From: a virus
Length of the DNA stretch: 64,000 nucleotides
IMG/VR virus record: IMGVR_UViG_3300028571_000830
Coordinates: 32,001 to 96,000 of that record
Strand: one strand, 5' to 3'
Shown: piece after piece, positions 37,551-48,226 of the stretch
Layout of the letters: each line of letters begins with the position of its first letter
Position numbering within the stretch: position 1 is the stretch's first letter
The notes under the pieces: generated by a model
What the model was told of the DNA's origin: nothing
The model's database searches: none
The model's input: only the letters and a program-made list of their open reading frames with translations
Translations under genes and position numbers: made by a program

Positions 37551-39104
37551 TTAGAATTGTGGTATTTCTTCAATCAAGACTGTACGAGACAAATCTTCAA
37601 TAAAGATATCACAACGATCCTTCATCCAGATTTCATATCCTGGGAATTTGTTAGCAGAGCTCATACCTTGAGATTTTGCAAATCCTAAGTGATGACGAGT
37701 TCCATCAATATATCCCCAAGTCATAGAAGGTGCACCCTTCATTCTCACTTCTCTCATATTGTTAATCATAGAACCATCAGACATTGGAGATACATCAAAT
37801 ACCATAAATACTGGTGTGCTCTTTTTGTTCTGACCAAATTCTAGATTTGATTGTGGTAAATCTAATTCTTTCAAGTGAATAAGTTCAACACGACCAGTCT
37901 CACGAGTTACCATTGAATCAAACGCAAAGTTGTAAGTGATGTGTTGTCCTTCTCCTTGTAGATATCTGTTTCCAGAATCAGCCATGAAAGTTAAGCCAGA
38001 ATTTAAAGCATCATTCTTTAGAGCCTGCTGGAATACATCGAATCCTGCCTCATTGGTGTACATCTTTACACGTCTGTCTTTAACATCAACACGTCTGTAG
38101 AAAAGATCTCCAAATACTGAACGAATCAAGTTAGCAGAGAATTCTCCACGATTGTATTGTACTAAGTTACCATTGTTACGCATTCTGTGGTATACACCTG
38201 CAGAGGTACGCTTAAGTTCTTGTTTAGAACCATTGGTCTTCACTGTACCTGGCTTAGACCAAATCATACGCTTCACCTTAAGTTCAAGCATAGACTTACG
38301 CATCCAGAATTCAATGAATGGCTCCCACTTAACATCATTACGTGTAAGAGGTAATTGATTACGTCTCTGTGGAGCATATACTAGAATATCTAGAGCTTTA
38401 CCAGAAGCATCAACCATCATTTTGTCATCAGCCCATTCAGTGATCTTGTGCTCATAACCATATGCAGAACCTAAAGATTCAAACATAGTGATCTTCTCAC
38501 CTAAGCGAGGCAATCCTAATAAGTCTTGATCAAATTCACCAATAGCAGCATCAACTAATTCTAGCTCAATACCAGTCTTTAGGAAAGTGGAACTTACGAA
38601 ATCCACTGTTGGGTTATCAGTGACTAATGTGAAAGAATACAAATATCCCATATTCCAAGGAATAGGATCTTTGATCACGTAGAAACGTGGACCATATTGA
38701 CGAGATCCTACAGAGATGATAGCATTCTTAGAGAATTCGTTAGTATCTATTACTAATGAAAACTCTTGACCATCAATACCTGGTTTGCTCAACTCTAACG
38801 TTGATGCAGGAATGTCAATGATTTTAGGAAATTTGTAAGGAACTTGTACATCCCATTTCCAAGCATCACTGTTATTATCAATGTAATAAGGTGTGCTCTT
38901 GTTGATCATGTCCAAGAAATCATTACTGTACAATGAACTCTGGGTGTAAAGACTGATGATTTTCTTATCATAATCTGCAGGTTCAGTTGAGTGAAAAGAC
39001 TCTAAGTGATTAGAATCAGTGAGCTTACCAACAGCACGTTTGTCCATTGAAGCCACTCTCGCATAAGTAAAACCAGTTAAACCTGGAATTGTTTGAATTG
39101 CCAT
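37551..39104 (-). CDS. Major capsid protein
   Basis: 517 aa; WKWDV, YTNEAG, position after portal and acidic scaffold, highly-expressed codon usage (CGT, TTC, ATC). Confidence 0.85.
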   Translation of the reverse strand: MAIQTIPGLTGFTYARVASMDKRAVGKLTDSNHLESFHSTEPADYDKKIISLYTQSSLYSNDFLDMINKSTPYYIDNNSDAWKWDVQVPYKFPKIIDIPASTLELSKPGIDGQEFSLVIDTNEFSKNAIISVGSRQYGPRFYVIKDPIPWNMGYLYSFTLVTDNPTVDFVSSTFLKTGIELELVDAAIGEFDQDLLGLPRLGEKITMFESLGSAYGYEHKITEWADDKMMVDASGKALDILVYAPQRRNQLPLTRNDVKWEPFIEFWMRKSMLELKVKRMIWSKPGTVKTNGSKQELKRTSAGVYHRMRNNGNLVQYNRGEFSANLIRSVFGDLFYRRVDVKDRRVKMYTNEAGFDVFQQALKNDALNSGLTFMADSGNRYLQGEGQHITYNFAFDSMVTRETGRVELIHLKELDLPQSNLEFGQNKKSTPVFMVFDVSPMSDGSMINNMREVRMKGAPSMTWGYIDGTRHHLGFAKSQGMSSANKFPGYEIWMKDRCDIFIEDLSRTVLIEEIPQF

Positions 39105-39135
39105 TTTTTTATTATTTTAAATTATTATTGATATA

Positions 39136-40398
39136 TTATAAAAACCATGAATCTGATTTTTCTGATTTATTCCCTTTCACTACACCCTTCTGTACTTGTC
39201 TTGCCACTTCACCAAATAAGTCATTTGATTTTTTAGTAATGCCTGTTTTTTGTATAGTTGATAATGTAGGATCTTTTTCTAGAATCTTTAACAATAATGC
39301 CACCTTCACTTTCATTTGGTGATTTTCAGGTCTTTTCATTTCTAGAATAGTGCGATCAAAATCAGTAAGTGTTTCACCAGATGTTGTCTTATACTTATCT
39401 ACCAATAAGAAATCCTGTAGTTCACTTGCTAGTTTAGGGTTTAATGGAATACCATCAAACTCTTTTGTTTTCAGCTTATCTTGAAGGATAGCCTGAACAT
39501 TACTTATATATTGATTCTTAATACTTGCTTTTTGTTGCAATTCTCTTTCTGAGTTTTGCTCTAGTTGTTGAAGTTTTTGTCCTTCTTTTTTAACTAACAC
39601 CTTGTGATGTTTAGTAGCAACAGTTTCAAGATCACCATAGTTCTGTAATCTTTCCACTTCAGTTTCTACATCTTCTGGTTCAAATCCTTGATCAGTTAAT
39701 GCTTGTTTAATCACTGCTATCTGATTTTTTTCCTGTGAAAGGTCCATATCAGAAAAATTAGCTATAGTGTTAAATGTATCAAAATACTCTTTAGGATTAA
39801 CTCCTTTAACAAATATGGCATCAAATGCTTGTTGGTAATCTTCACCAAATTGTCCAATGAAATTATTAACAACTTCAATAGCCCCTTTCTTTTTCTCTAC
39901 TTGAAACTTTTCTAAGAATTCTTCAGGAGTGTTTATTTCTACATCCTCATCACCATCTTCTTTGGTAAATACACCTAGTTTAAATAAATCATTAGCAAGT
40001 GCTCCAAATCTAGTTACTTCTGGTTCATTATCGTCACCATCATCATCTTCTGATGTTTTCTTTACAACAGGAGCTTTGATTTCTTTTTTCTCATCATCAT
40101 CCTCTTCATCATCACCATCATCTCCTCCTGATAAGAAATCACTTATACTAGCTTTAGTTTCTTCGTCTTTATCTTCAGTGTTCACAACATCATCTCCTAT
40201 ACTTTTTATAGGAGCAGGTTTAGTTTTTGCAGGAGCAGGATCTTCCACTTCTTTTACAATTTTCTGAAGACCATCAGGACTACTTGTAGAAGTTTCTGGT
40301 TCAAATAAATCACTTAGTAATTCAGAGTTTCCCATGCCCATTTCCATAGTGTTTTCAATACTAAATTCGAAAGAAGGGCTATTTAAATTATCAGCCAT
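39136..40398 (-). CDS. Acidic scaffolding-like protein
   Basis: D/E-rich N-half and coiled coil; lies between portal and MCP. Confidence 0.6.
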   Translation of the reverse strand: MADNLNSPSFEFSIENTMEMGMGNSELLSDLFEPETSTSSPDGLQKIVKEVEDPAPAKTKPAPIKSIGDDVVNTEDKDEETKASISDFLSGGDDGDDEEDDDEKKEIKAPVVKKTSEDDDGDDNEPEVTRFGALANDLFKLGVFTKEDGDEDVEINTPEEFLEKFQVEKKKGAIEVVNNFIGQFGEDYQQAFDAIFVKGVNPKEYFDTFNTIANFSDMDLSQEKNQIAVIKQALTDQGFEPEDVETEVERLQNYGDLETVATKHHKVLVKKEGQKLQQLEQNSERELQQKASIKNQYISNVQAILQDKLKTKEFDGIPLNPKLASELQDFLLVDKYKTTSGETLTDFDRTILEMKRPENHQMKVKVALLLKILEKDPTLSTIQKTGITKKSNDLFGEVARQVQKGVVKGNKSEKSDSWFL

Positions 40399-40536
40399 AT
40401 GTAGTTTTTTATTATGTTTGGTTTATTGACGTAAAATTATACAACATCTATGAAAATACAAAGACTTATATCACTATATACCAACTTATTCAAGATAATA
40501 TAGCATTAAAGTTTTTGTATTTCTAATCAAAAATGT

Positions 40537-43116
40537 TTACTTTTTCTTTGCTCTCCCTTTAGCGTTCTCTTTAGCCACTGCTAAATCGTTTGCTTGATTC
40601 TCTCTAGCCACTTGTAGTTTCTCTCTTTCAAGTTGTAGTTTTTGAGAAGCTTGTTTGTTTTGAGAATTGATTTGAGCCATTTTCATTTCGTAATCCTTTA
40701 GTGCTTTAGTTTGGTCATTAGCAAGTTTACCAATCTCTAATACATCTGGAACACCACTAACGTCTACATCAGATAGTGGTCCAGCTTTAGATTCAGCAGC
40801 AATCAAGGCAATCTCTTTCTTATTGATTCTATCTAATTCATTTTGATAGTTGTCATTAGCAATTTCTTCATCTTTCATTTGTTGAACTTGAGCAATTTGA
40901 GCTTGAGCAATTTGTCCTTGCTGTTCCACCTTCTGTTGTTCAAGTTGTGCTTTTTGTTGCTCCATTGCTTCTTGTTTATCTTTAAGTGTCTTAAACACCT
41001 TCTTCATCTGTCTTACAGATTTAGTAGAATACAATTCAATAACATCATATAAAGATCCACCATTCTGCATTAATGGTTGAGCAAGTTGTCTAAGTTCATC
41101 AAACATCTTATTATCTTCAGGACGATTTGTTAAGAACACCTTCAAGTCTCTGAATTTCAAATCAGATCCATTCACTTGTACAAATGCAGATTCTCCTTCA
41201 GATGTAACATATGATAATGTACTCTGTGGTTTAGCACTTTCAATATAAAGAGCTGCATCAATAATAGATTGATACACTTGACCCATAACATACTCATGAG
41301 CAACAAACAGAGGCTCTGTCTGCGAATAACTTTGTTGCATGGCAGTGTTAGTACCTGTAGCAGATTCAGAGGCTGATATAGAGCCCATACGCTGTCTAGA
41401 CATACCTACAAGTTCCCAACATTCATTCTTAATTTGTTGAGCTAATGTATATCGTGCTTGTATCTCTTGTGTACGTGTTAAATCAAGAGATGTAAATTGA
41501 TTGAATGAACTAGGACTCTTTAAGTTTTCAGGAGAGTCATCTATAAACACCACTCCTCTGTTACGAGCTTCCATTTCCCAGATGTCAAGAGCGTCCTGTG
41601 CATCTCCATCTTTAGGAATAGGAATATGTCTAATAGACATAAGTTGCACCTTACCCACTTCTTTTTCAAGAAGCTTATATAACTGGTTCATACAAACATT
41701 ATATATCACTTGGAAAGGCTTCATCAAATCCACTAATGATTTTGATTCAGTGTTCTTCACTTCATAGGTGATTCCTATAATAGGACAATAACTAAGTAGC
41801 TTGTAAGGTTTTATGTGATAAATGTCTGGACCAATTTTAGTTCCTTGATACCATTGATTAATCCATCCCCATTCTAAAGAGATTTGTGTAGGGATGGTTC
41901 CACTCTTATAGTTTTCATCAACAAGTGTAGATTGTTCATTACCCATTTCATCTGTATAGATGAGCTTACCAATCTTTTTCTTAGATATCCAATAACATCT
42001 CACTACAACATATTTATAACCAAATGAAGATACGTTAGATGTAAGTCCTAAGAAGTCTTTTAGTCCATCGTTATTTTCTTTCATCTCACTCTCAATCATC
42101 ATTCTTGTTTGTAACACTAATGGATCGTATGTGTCATATGTAACAGAATCAATACCAGGAGAAACATTAGGATTACCTAGATTAGAGTCTCTAACATTTA
42201 TCAGTCCATAATCTTGCAATGAACTACGTAAGTGATCTATTTCTTCTTTAGTCAAATCTGGAATAGATTCAATTATCTCAGATAGTTCCATCACTTGCAC
42301 TGTACCTGCAGCATATGCTCCTTGTGCTCTTCCTGTAGGATCTGATATGTATTTTCTATCTGGTGTAGTGAGGAACCAAGTGTTCTTTGGATTAGACACT
42401 TCTACATTAAAACCAAGCTTGCTATTATCTTCGTATATATGATAGAACTCTCTACCAGAAATAAGCATGTCTCTAAAGGCATCCTCACTCTTTTCTTTCA
42501 TATTAAACTCAGCTTTCTGACATGTAAGAATGTGGTTAGCCCATTTCTCTGCAACAGATGTATAACTATCCAGCTCATCCTTCACTTCACTCATTGTCAT
42601 TTGCTGAAGTTGTTCTTCATCAATCTCTTCTCCTTCTAGAGTCACCTTTTCAAGAATTTGCTTCTTAGCTTCCTGCAATACATATTCTTGAAGAATGCCT
42701 GTTTTGAATTCAAGTTCTTCTGATTTAGAATCATCATCAAATGCTTTCACCCTAAATGTATCAGGACGTTTTGATATCTCTCCCACTAGTTCATTCACTG
42801 GTGTGGTGATGATGGAATACATCTTTACATAAGCTGGTAAACCAAGATCTGCTGTAAGCATATCTGTAAAGCTCTTCACTTGTTCTTCTTGATAGAAATC
42901 TTCCATACGAAGAATTCCTTTCATCAAATCATAGTTCTTAACAAATGTATCTCTGTTCTTTATATACTCAGAATATGCTTTGTTTGCAAAATAATCCATT
43001 GTGTTCTTAATCCAACTCTCATCCTGCTTTTCTTTGTCAGTTTTGAATTGGTCAGGAAATATGTTTAAATATGCATACCTGATGGTAGCATCTTTAGTAT
43101 ATCTTATTATTGCCAT
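40537..43116 (-). CDS. Portal protein
   Basis: 859 aa; WGWINQWYQGTKIG, SLVDLMKPFQ, GMSRQRMG; C-terminal coiled coil; follows terminase. Confidence 0.88.
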   Translation of the reverse strand: MAIIRYTKDATIRYAYLNIFPDQFKTDKEKQDESWIKNTMDYFANKAYSEYIKNRDTFVKNYDLMKGILRMEDFYQEEQVKSFTDMLTADLGLPAYVKMYSIITTPVNELVGEISKRPDTFRVKAFDDDSKSEELEFKTGILQEYVLQEAKKQILEKVTLEGEEIDEEQLQQMTMSEVKDELDSYTSVAEKWANHILTCQKAEFNMKEKSEDAFRDMLISGREFYHIYEDNSKLGFNVEVSNPKNTWFLTTPDRKYISDPTGRAQGAYAAGTVQVMELSEIIESIPDLTKEEIDHLRSSLQDYGLINVRDSNLGNPNVSPGIDSVTYDTYDPLVLQTRMMIESEMKENNDGLKDFLGLTSNVSSFGYKYVVVRCYWISKKKIGKLIYTDEMGNEQSTLVDENYKSGTIPTQISLEWGWINQWYQGTKIGPDIYHIKPYKLLSYCPIIGITYEVKNTESKSLVDLMKPFQVIYNVCMNQLYKLLEKEVGKVQLMSIRHIPIPKDGDAQDALDIWEMEARNRGVVFIDDSPENLKSPSSFNQFTSLDLTRTQEIQARYTLAQQIKNECWELVGMSRQRMGSISASESATGTNTAMQQSYSQTEPLFVAHEYVMGQVYQSIIDAALYIESAKPQSTLSYVTSEGESAFVQVNGSDLKFRDLKVFLTNRPEDNKMFDELRQLAQPLMQNGGSLYDVIELYSTKSVRQMKKVFKTLKDKQEAMEQQKAQLEQQKVEQQGQIAQAQIAQVQQMKDEEIANDNYQNELDRINKKEIALIAAESKAGPLSDVDVSGVPDVLEIGKLANDQTKALKDYEMKMAQINSQNKQASQKLQLEREKLQVARENQANDLAVAKENAKGRAKKK

Positions 43117-43268
43117 CTTACTATTTTTTTAAATCTGTTAATTATTTTTTGAAGAAGAGTTTCTTTATATAAAAAGTTATATACATCTTTTGAACCATAC
43201 TTCTGTTGAACTTCTCTATCTAACATAGATGAATCATCTTCATTTAAAAAATCATCTATTATTGCCAT
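43107..43268 (-). CDS. 53-aa hypothetical between terL and portal (not in ORF track)
   Basis: MAIIDDFLNEDD...RFKKIVRWQ*; TAATG-coupled to the terL stop. Confidence 0.55.
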   Translation of the reverse strand: MAIIDDFLNEDDSSMLDREVQQKYGSKDVYNFLYKETLLQKIINRFKKIVRWQ

Positions 43269-46200
43269 TATATAAAAAGTTTATTTTTTCGTTTAGGAAA
43301 CATTCCTCTACTCTCTGTGAATAATCTATTTTTTTGTTTTGTGTTAAACATTGATTGAATTCTACCATCTCCTGCTGATCCAATTTTTCCCATAATAGGA
43401 TCCATTTTCATAGCTAATGCTACAGCTAACTCTGCAGCAATGATTCTATCAAAGTTACCCATCTCATTATATTGTATCATTTCTTCTAATAGAACAGGAT
43501 CAAATATCTTCACCATACCCTTTGTTTCAGAAATGATATTACCATCATCATCTTTCTCAACATGTAATACATCTTCTGTGTATTTCTTTAAACATCCATG
43601 CAGAAAACTTCTAATCTTATCAGCAGATCTATGTATACCATAATCACGTCTCACTGTTGTATTAGGTACTATTTCTTTTAACCAATCTGGTTGACGTTCT
43701 AAATAATGAGCATCTCCTTTAGCTATCATGTAATCTATAAAGGATATTTCATCGTTTTCACATAGAGCCCTTGCATTGTAATACTTAATAAGGAGTCTAG
43801 CTTGTTCTTCCCAGATTTCTTTTTTATCTGGTCTAGCTGTATAAGATGCTACAAACATATCTTGATACTTCTCACCAGATATAGCATGCATACGTTTATA
43901 TATGTATACAGATCCTAATGAACTAGAATATGCAGACTTACCTTGTCTATATGGATCCACTCCTGCAACATATAGTCCATAAGGAGGGGCTTCCATAGGA
44001 AACTCATATATAACTACAGGAGCATCTTTATCATCTGAATTTTTTAAAGGAAAGTTAGATATAGGAAGTTTATCTGTAAACTCGTGTTTGATATTTCCAT
44101 CATCACTAAATAATACAACAGGTGTTCCTGTTCTTTCATTTTGTAATAGTCTGGTTTTTTGTCTTTTAGCAGCTTCTATATCAAATATATTTGTATCTTC
44201 ATTCAAGAATATATCATCCACTTCAATTGGATAATACATTTTTTCTTTTAGATAGGCCATTCTATCTCCTGCTTTCTTTAGTCTTTCTAAATTAGATGTA
44301 ACAATTTCTGTAGCTTTTTCTTCATTAGAAACAAGCATAGTTACATTGTGTAAATCACTTTTAGCATCAGCATTTAAATACTCACCTAATGAAGAATCTT
44401 CTTTGGCTTCCATTCTATATTTATTAGAAATGAATAAGCCATGTATTCTTGTTGAGTCTTTATCGTTATTGTATTCTAAGAAGTTGAAATTGTTTACATC
44501 AAACATTAAACTCTTGGCATCCATGAATTTCTTCATATCACCTCCTGTACCTGTAAGAATAGGACTACATCCCCAACCAAATGGTGTTGTAAATCCTGGA
44601 GTGGCAGCTTGTAGTCCTCTTAAGAAAGATCCTTTACCTATCTCATCAATGATGAGTTTTCTAGGTTTTGTACCTGCAATAGCTTCCTCATTGTTTCCCT
44701 CATCTAAGTTACGTATAATGATTTGTGAGAAAGGGATTCTCTCTCCTCCTCTGGTCTTGATACCAAGTGTCACTTGATTCTTCCAGTTATCTTCAATTCT
44801 TTGCCATCTCCATGCTTCAGGGATGAAATTGAGTCCTTTATCTATCTTATCTGTAATAAGCTTTATATCTGGGGCATTCAGTCCAGCAATAATATTTTGT
44901 GAGTTCTCATCAAACGTAGCTCCCCAAGCAATATAAGAGCTTTCAATAACTGAGTTATGCGTCACAGTGTAATTTGTAGTTAAAAATAATTTATCTTCAT
45001 TATCTACTGTTATACACGTTGATTCTGCCAACTCATCTATTTCTATACTCTTTATAGTAGTCCAGTTAATCTTAAATTGTTTTCCTTTATTACCTATTTT
45101 AATATTATCTAATTTTCTCTGCAATCTAAATATTGGCTTTTCTGTAAAAATAGTAAATAACCAACCTGCACCACATTCTTTTCCATATAATTTAGGTGTA
45201 AATTCTTTTTTAGTTAAATTAATTCCAAGACTTCTGCATAATGAATAAAAATCATCCGATAATCTTTTATCAGTTGTTGTAAAGGAAATAGTTCCATTAG
45301 AATAAACTGTACCATCACTATCCATTAACCCTTGCAATAAAGACATTCTTTGTTCTTCGTTTCCTTCCAAGTAATTTAAAGGTATATGTTTATTTTTAAA
45401 TAAACATAGTTCATTAAACCAATTAGTTAATATATTGTATTTTAAAGTACCTCCTTTTATTCCTGAAGTAATAAAATACGTATCCGAATCCACTCTAACT
45501 TGTAAATCTAAATCAGTAGCGTATTTATAAATAAAAGCTACTGTTTGAGGATCTATAGTAGTTATACCTAAATTTCTAGAGTTACCGTCTCCTAACCATT
45601 GTCCTAAAAAATAAGGATCTATTGTTTGTTCTTTTTTAGAGTAATGAATTACATCATTATTAGGAATAGCAAAAAAACACTCTTCTTTATTTCTTGTAAC
45701 ACCGTCTTTATACCCATTATGTATTCTTGGTTTTTTATATATAGGTAATAAATCTTTTAAAGGAATGTCTTTTATTTTATTATATCTTTTATCTTTAACT
45801 CTCCATATATGATTCTCACAACAATAGATTTCTCTATTATCTTGAAGGGTCATTTTATAAGTTTGAATTTTACCTTGATGATATACTCCTGTTATTGTAG
45901 CTAAGTTTCCTGTATGATCAAATATTCTGTCACCTACACTAGCTTTTCCTATTTGTATATTTCCAGATTCTGTATATAATAATTCATCATTTCTTAAAGC
46001 TTTAGCTAAACGTCTAATGCCTAGAATAACTAAGCCTTTCTTTTCATTTTGAGCTCTATCTATTTCATTAGTTATCACCCATTCATTATCTCTAAGAAGA
46101 GGATTGGCATATTTTTGTGATATTCTTCCCCTATCATCTATAATATCCACCTCTGTGTGCCATATATTTAAATGCCAATAGAGAAATGGGTTTATATAAA

Positions 46201-46339
46201 CACCATCCATCATACATCCATTCAGACATATTTCTTTATGAAATTCATAGAAAGCATTATACTCTTGACTAGTTTTATCAGGAAGTCTTTTCTGATTTAT
46301 AAACCAGTCATTATAATCAATGCTAATTAAATCTGTCAT
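43268..46339 (-). CDS. terL: Terminase large subunit, intein-containing
   Basis: Walker A RRLAK|S, Walker B LIIDEIG, TGTGG, nuclease AGVDPY...NFDR. Confidence 0.92.
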   Translation of the reverse strand: MTDLISIDYNDWFINQKRLPDKTSQEYNAFYEFHKEICLNGCMMDGVYINPFLYWHLNIWHTEVDIIDDRGRISQKYANPLLRDNEWVITNEIDRAQNEKKGLVILGIRRLAKALRNDELLYTESGNIQIGKASVGDRIFDHTGNLATITGVYHQGKIQTYKMTLQDNREIYCCENHIWRVKDKRYNKIKDIPLKDLLPIYKKPRIHNGYKDGVTRNKEECFFAIPNNDVIHYSKKEQTIDPYFLGQWLGDGNSRNLGITTIDPQTVAFIYKYATDLDLQVRVDSDTYFITSGIKGGTLKYNILTNWFNELCLFKNKHIPLNYLEGNEEQRMSLLQGLMDSDGTVYSNGTISFTTTDKRLSDDFYSLCRSLGINLTKKEFTPKLYGKECGAGWLFTIFTEKPIFRLQRKLDNIKIGNKGKQFKINWTTIKSIEIDELAESTCITVDNEDKLFLTTNYTVTHNSVIESSYIAWGATFDENSQNIIAGLNAPDIKLITDKIDKGLNFIPEAWRWQRIEDNWKNQVTLGIKTRGGERIPFSQIIIRNLDEGNNEEAIAGTKPRKLIIDEIGKGSFLRGLQAATPGFTTPFGWGCSPILTGTGGDMKKFMDAKSLMFDVNNFNFLEYNNDKDSTRIHGLFISNKYRMEAKEDSSLGEYLNADAKSDLHNVTMLVSNEEKATEIVTSNLERLKKAGDRMAYLKEKMYYPIEVDDIFLNEDTNIFDIEAAKRQKTRLLQNERTGTPVVLFSDDGNIKHEFTDKLPISNFPLKNSDDKDAPVVIYEFPMEAPPYGLYVAGVDPYRQGKSAYSSSLGSVYIYKRMHAISGEKYQDMFVASYTARPDKKEIWEEQARLLIKYYNARALCENDEISFIDYMIAKGDAHYLERQPDWLKEIVPNTTVRRDYGIHRSADKIRSFLHGCLKKYTEDVLHVEKDDDGNIISETKGMVKIFDPVLLEEMIQYNEMGNFDRIIAAELAVALAMKMDPIMGKIGSAGDGRIQSMFNTKQKNRLFTESRGMFPKRKNKLFI
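44954..46000 (-). mobile_element. 349-aa intein with LAGLIDADG endonuclease in terL Walker A
   Basis: Starts ALRNDELL, block B CCENHIW, LGQWLGDG and LQGLMDSDG, block F STCITVD, ends VTHN|S. Confidence 0.93.
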
Positions 46340-46668
46340 TTTCTATTCTTTAACCAATTTTCAGCCATTGTAGACATCTCACCATTACCCCTCACTTCCA
46401 CTTTTGCTTCTTCCACTTTACGTAGTTTATCTACCACTTCTAATAAGGCTAGATAATTTTTCATGGTTTCTTGAATAAATTTTCCTTGAGATTCAATGGA
46501 TGCAATCACCATAGGCATTGTTCCACCTCTAGCTGTAGGCTTCCACTCAATCCTATCTTTAATAAGATTTAGAGGATTGGCATCAACATAAGCTTTCCAT
46601 GAACTAAGCTGTTCTTCAGCCCAATCAAGCTCTGTATTAATGTATGTAGTTTTAGTAGCTTTCGCCAT
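46336..46668 (-). CDS. Conserved protein upstream of terL (possible small terminase)
   Basis: 110 aa helical; overlaps the terL start. Confidence 0.4.
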   Translation of the reverse strand: MAKATKTTYINTELDWAEEQLSSWKAYVDANPLNLIKDRIEWKPTARGGTMPMVIASIESQGKFIQETMKNYLALLEVVDKLRKVEEAKVEVRGNGEMSTMAENWLKNRK

Positions 46669-46936
46669 TATCTTCTTCTTCTAATAAGATGTCATTTAAA
46701 TTCATTCCATCTCTAATAATATCTTCAATATCATTAGAATGTTGCACATCTAGTTCTAATTCAGTTTTGTATTTTGTAAGAATGTATAACAATTCTTTAT
46801 CTGATATTCCCCATGCATCTCCTTCCCCATCAAGGGCTGTTGACAAATGCTTTCCTAAATTATATGTAGGAAAACTATTGTGCATCTCATTGAGCAAATC
46901 TATTATCTGTGTATAATAGTTTGTTTTGATTCTCAT
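46652..46936 (-). CDS. Hypothetical protein
   Basis: Tightly coupled ORF in the operon. Confidence 0.6.
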   Translation of the reverse strand: MRIKTNYYTQIIDLLNEMHNSFPTYNLGKHLSTALDGEGDAWGISDKELLYILTKYKTELELDVQHSNDIEDIIRDGMNLNDILLEEEDNGESY

Positions 46937-46941
46937 GTTAT

Positions 46942-47169
46942 TTATATTAATTGATTTAAATCTTCATCAGATAAATTGTTTTCTTCTTCTTCTTCATCCA
47001 TCATATATTCTTCACGAACATATATAGAAATTACATCTTGACTATCATTAGATGTTCCTGTAACATCTATATAATCAGCTCCTTTGTTATATAGATCAGC
47101 CAGTATTTCCATTAGACTTTCCAATGGAATTTTTTGGAGTGTTAGTGTCTTGTTGTTCTTCTTTTCCAT
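46942..47169 (-). CDS. Hypothetical acidic protein
   Basis: GADYID motif; coupled ORF. Confidence 0.55.
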   Translation of the reverse strand: MEKKNNKTLTLQKIPLESLMEILADLYNKGADYIDVTGTSNDSQDVISIYVREEYMMDEEEEENNLSDEDLNQLI

Positions 47170-47449
47170 ATCCTTTAAGCATCTTTTGTTCTTCTTTTAA
47201 ACTAACCAATCCCATCCATTCACCTATTGGACACTCACAAGATAGACATTTTGTTTTAGCATCTATATTACATCCACAATGTGTGCAATGATCATCTGGT
47301 CTTATTGGTGTATTGTGATGTTTTGAATGTAAAGGACATTCATTACATATCAATGTTCTCTCCAGAGATGTCTTTTGTATTAATTCTTTCAGGGATGCTG
47401 GTGGAAGAAGCTTGTTTCTCCATCCCTCATATATCTGACTCATTTTCAT
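47096..47449 (-). CDS. Cys-rich Zn-finger protein
   Basis: RxxICxxC...CTHCGC...KTKCLSCECPIGEW. Confidence 0.65.
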   Translation of the reverse strand: MKMSQIYEGWRNKLLPPASLKELIQKTSLERTLICNECPLHSKHHNTPIRPDDHCTHCGCNIDAKTKCLSCECPIGEWMGLVSLKEEQKMLKGYGKEEQQDTNTPKNSIGKSNGNTG

Positions 47450-47798
47450 TGTTGGTTTCTATTTTTGGTTTTAATACACTTATGTTCAATGTAACACTTT
47501 CATATTTCAGTCTTGCATTGTTACGTCTTTGTTCAGACAAAGAATCATCATTCATTAGTCTTTCAAACAATGCTTTTTGTGAAAGAAGTTTTTTCATCTT
47601 CTTAACAGCTTTCTTATCATTAAATACAAACTTACCAAATCCAGAAATCTCTACACTCTTAGTAGATGCCATAGCTTGATTAGCAGACTGAAACTGATGT
47701 GAAATAATAGCATCTATTGTAAACTCAGGAATCAACATCCTTACAGACATTTTCCTAATAAGAAAGTCTTTAATTGTTAAACTCTTAGGCCTCTCCAT
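47427..47798 (-). CDS. HU/IHF-like DNA-binding protein
   Basis: SVEISGFGKF. Confidence 0.65.
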   Translation of the reverse strand: MERPKSLTIKDFLIRKMSVRMLIPEFTIDAIISHQFQSANQAMASTKSVEISGFGKFVFNDKKAVKKMKKLLSQKALFERLMNDDSLSEQRRNNARLKYESVTLNISVLKPKIETNNENESDI

Positions 47799-48150
47799 GA
47801 AATAGTTTAACTTCTAATATAACATCATCATTACTAAAATTCAAAAGAATAACAGGATTCACTTTAATTTTACTCCCATTCTTCACTAATACACCCATTT
47901 TCTTTAATTTAGAAATAATGTTATTAATCGTAGCACTTGTTGTGTCATACTTCTTACAAAAATCTTCTCGTATATACTTATAAGACATATTACCACTAAT
48001 AGCTGTAAAAGCTATCAATTGTATTTCTCTTTGTGTAAGCTTTAAATCGTTAATTGCTGAAAGAATAGCATAATACTTTTCTGCTAATAAAAAACTATCA
48101 TTTTTTATCAATTTAAGCTTTTGAACAATTGTTTTTTTGGTTTGTTCCAT
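47785..48150 (-). CDS. Winged-HTH DNA-binding protein
   Basis: LTQREIQL...TINNIISKLKKMGVLVK. Confidence 0.7.
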   Translation of the reverse strand: MEQTKKTIVQKLKLIKNDSFLLAEKYYAILSAINDLKLTQREIQLIAFTAISGNMSYKYIREDFCKKYDTTSATINNIISKLKKMGVLVKNGSKIKVNPVILLNFSNDDVILEVKLFHGEA

Positions 48151-48226
48151 AATCTATTACGTAATTAATACAAAGATGGGAACATTATGTAACATAATCA
48201 AATACATAATTCGATGAATAGCTATA

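Noticed and set aside
2335-47679. Plus-strand ORFs in the track across the structural arm
   Set aside because: Antisense shadows of long minus-strand genes with recognisable motifs, e.g. poly-Val opposite poly-Thr
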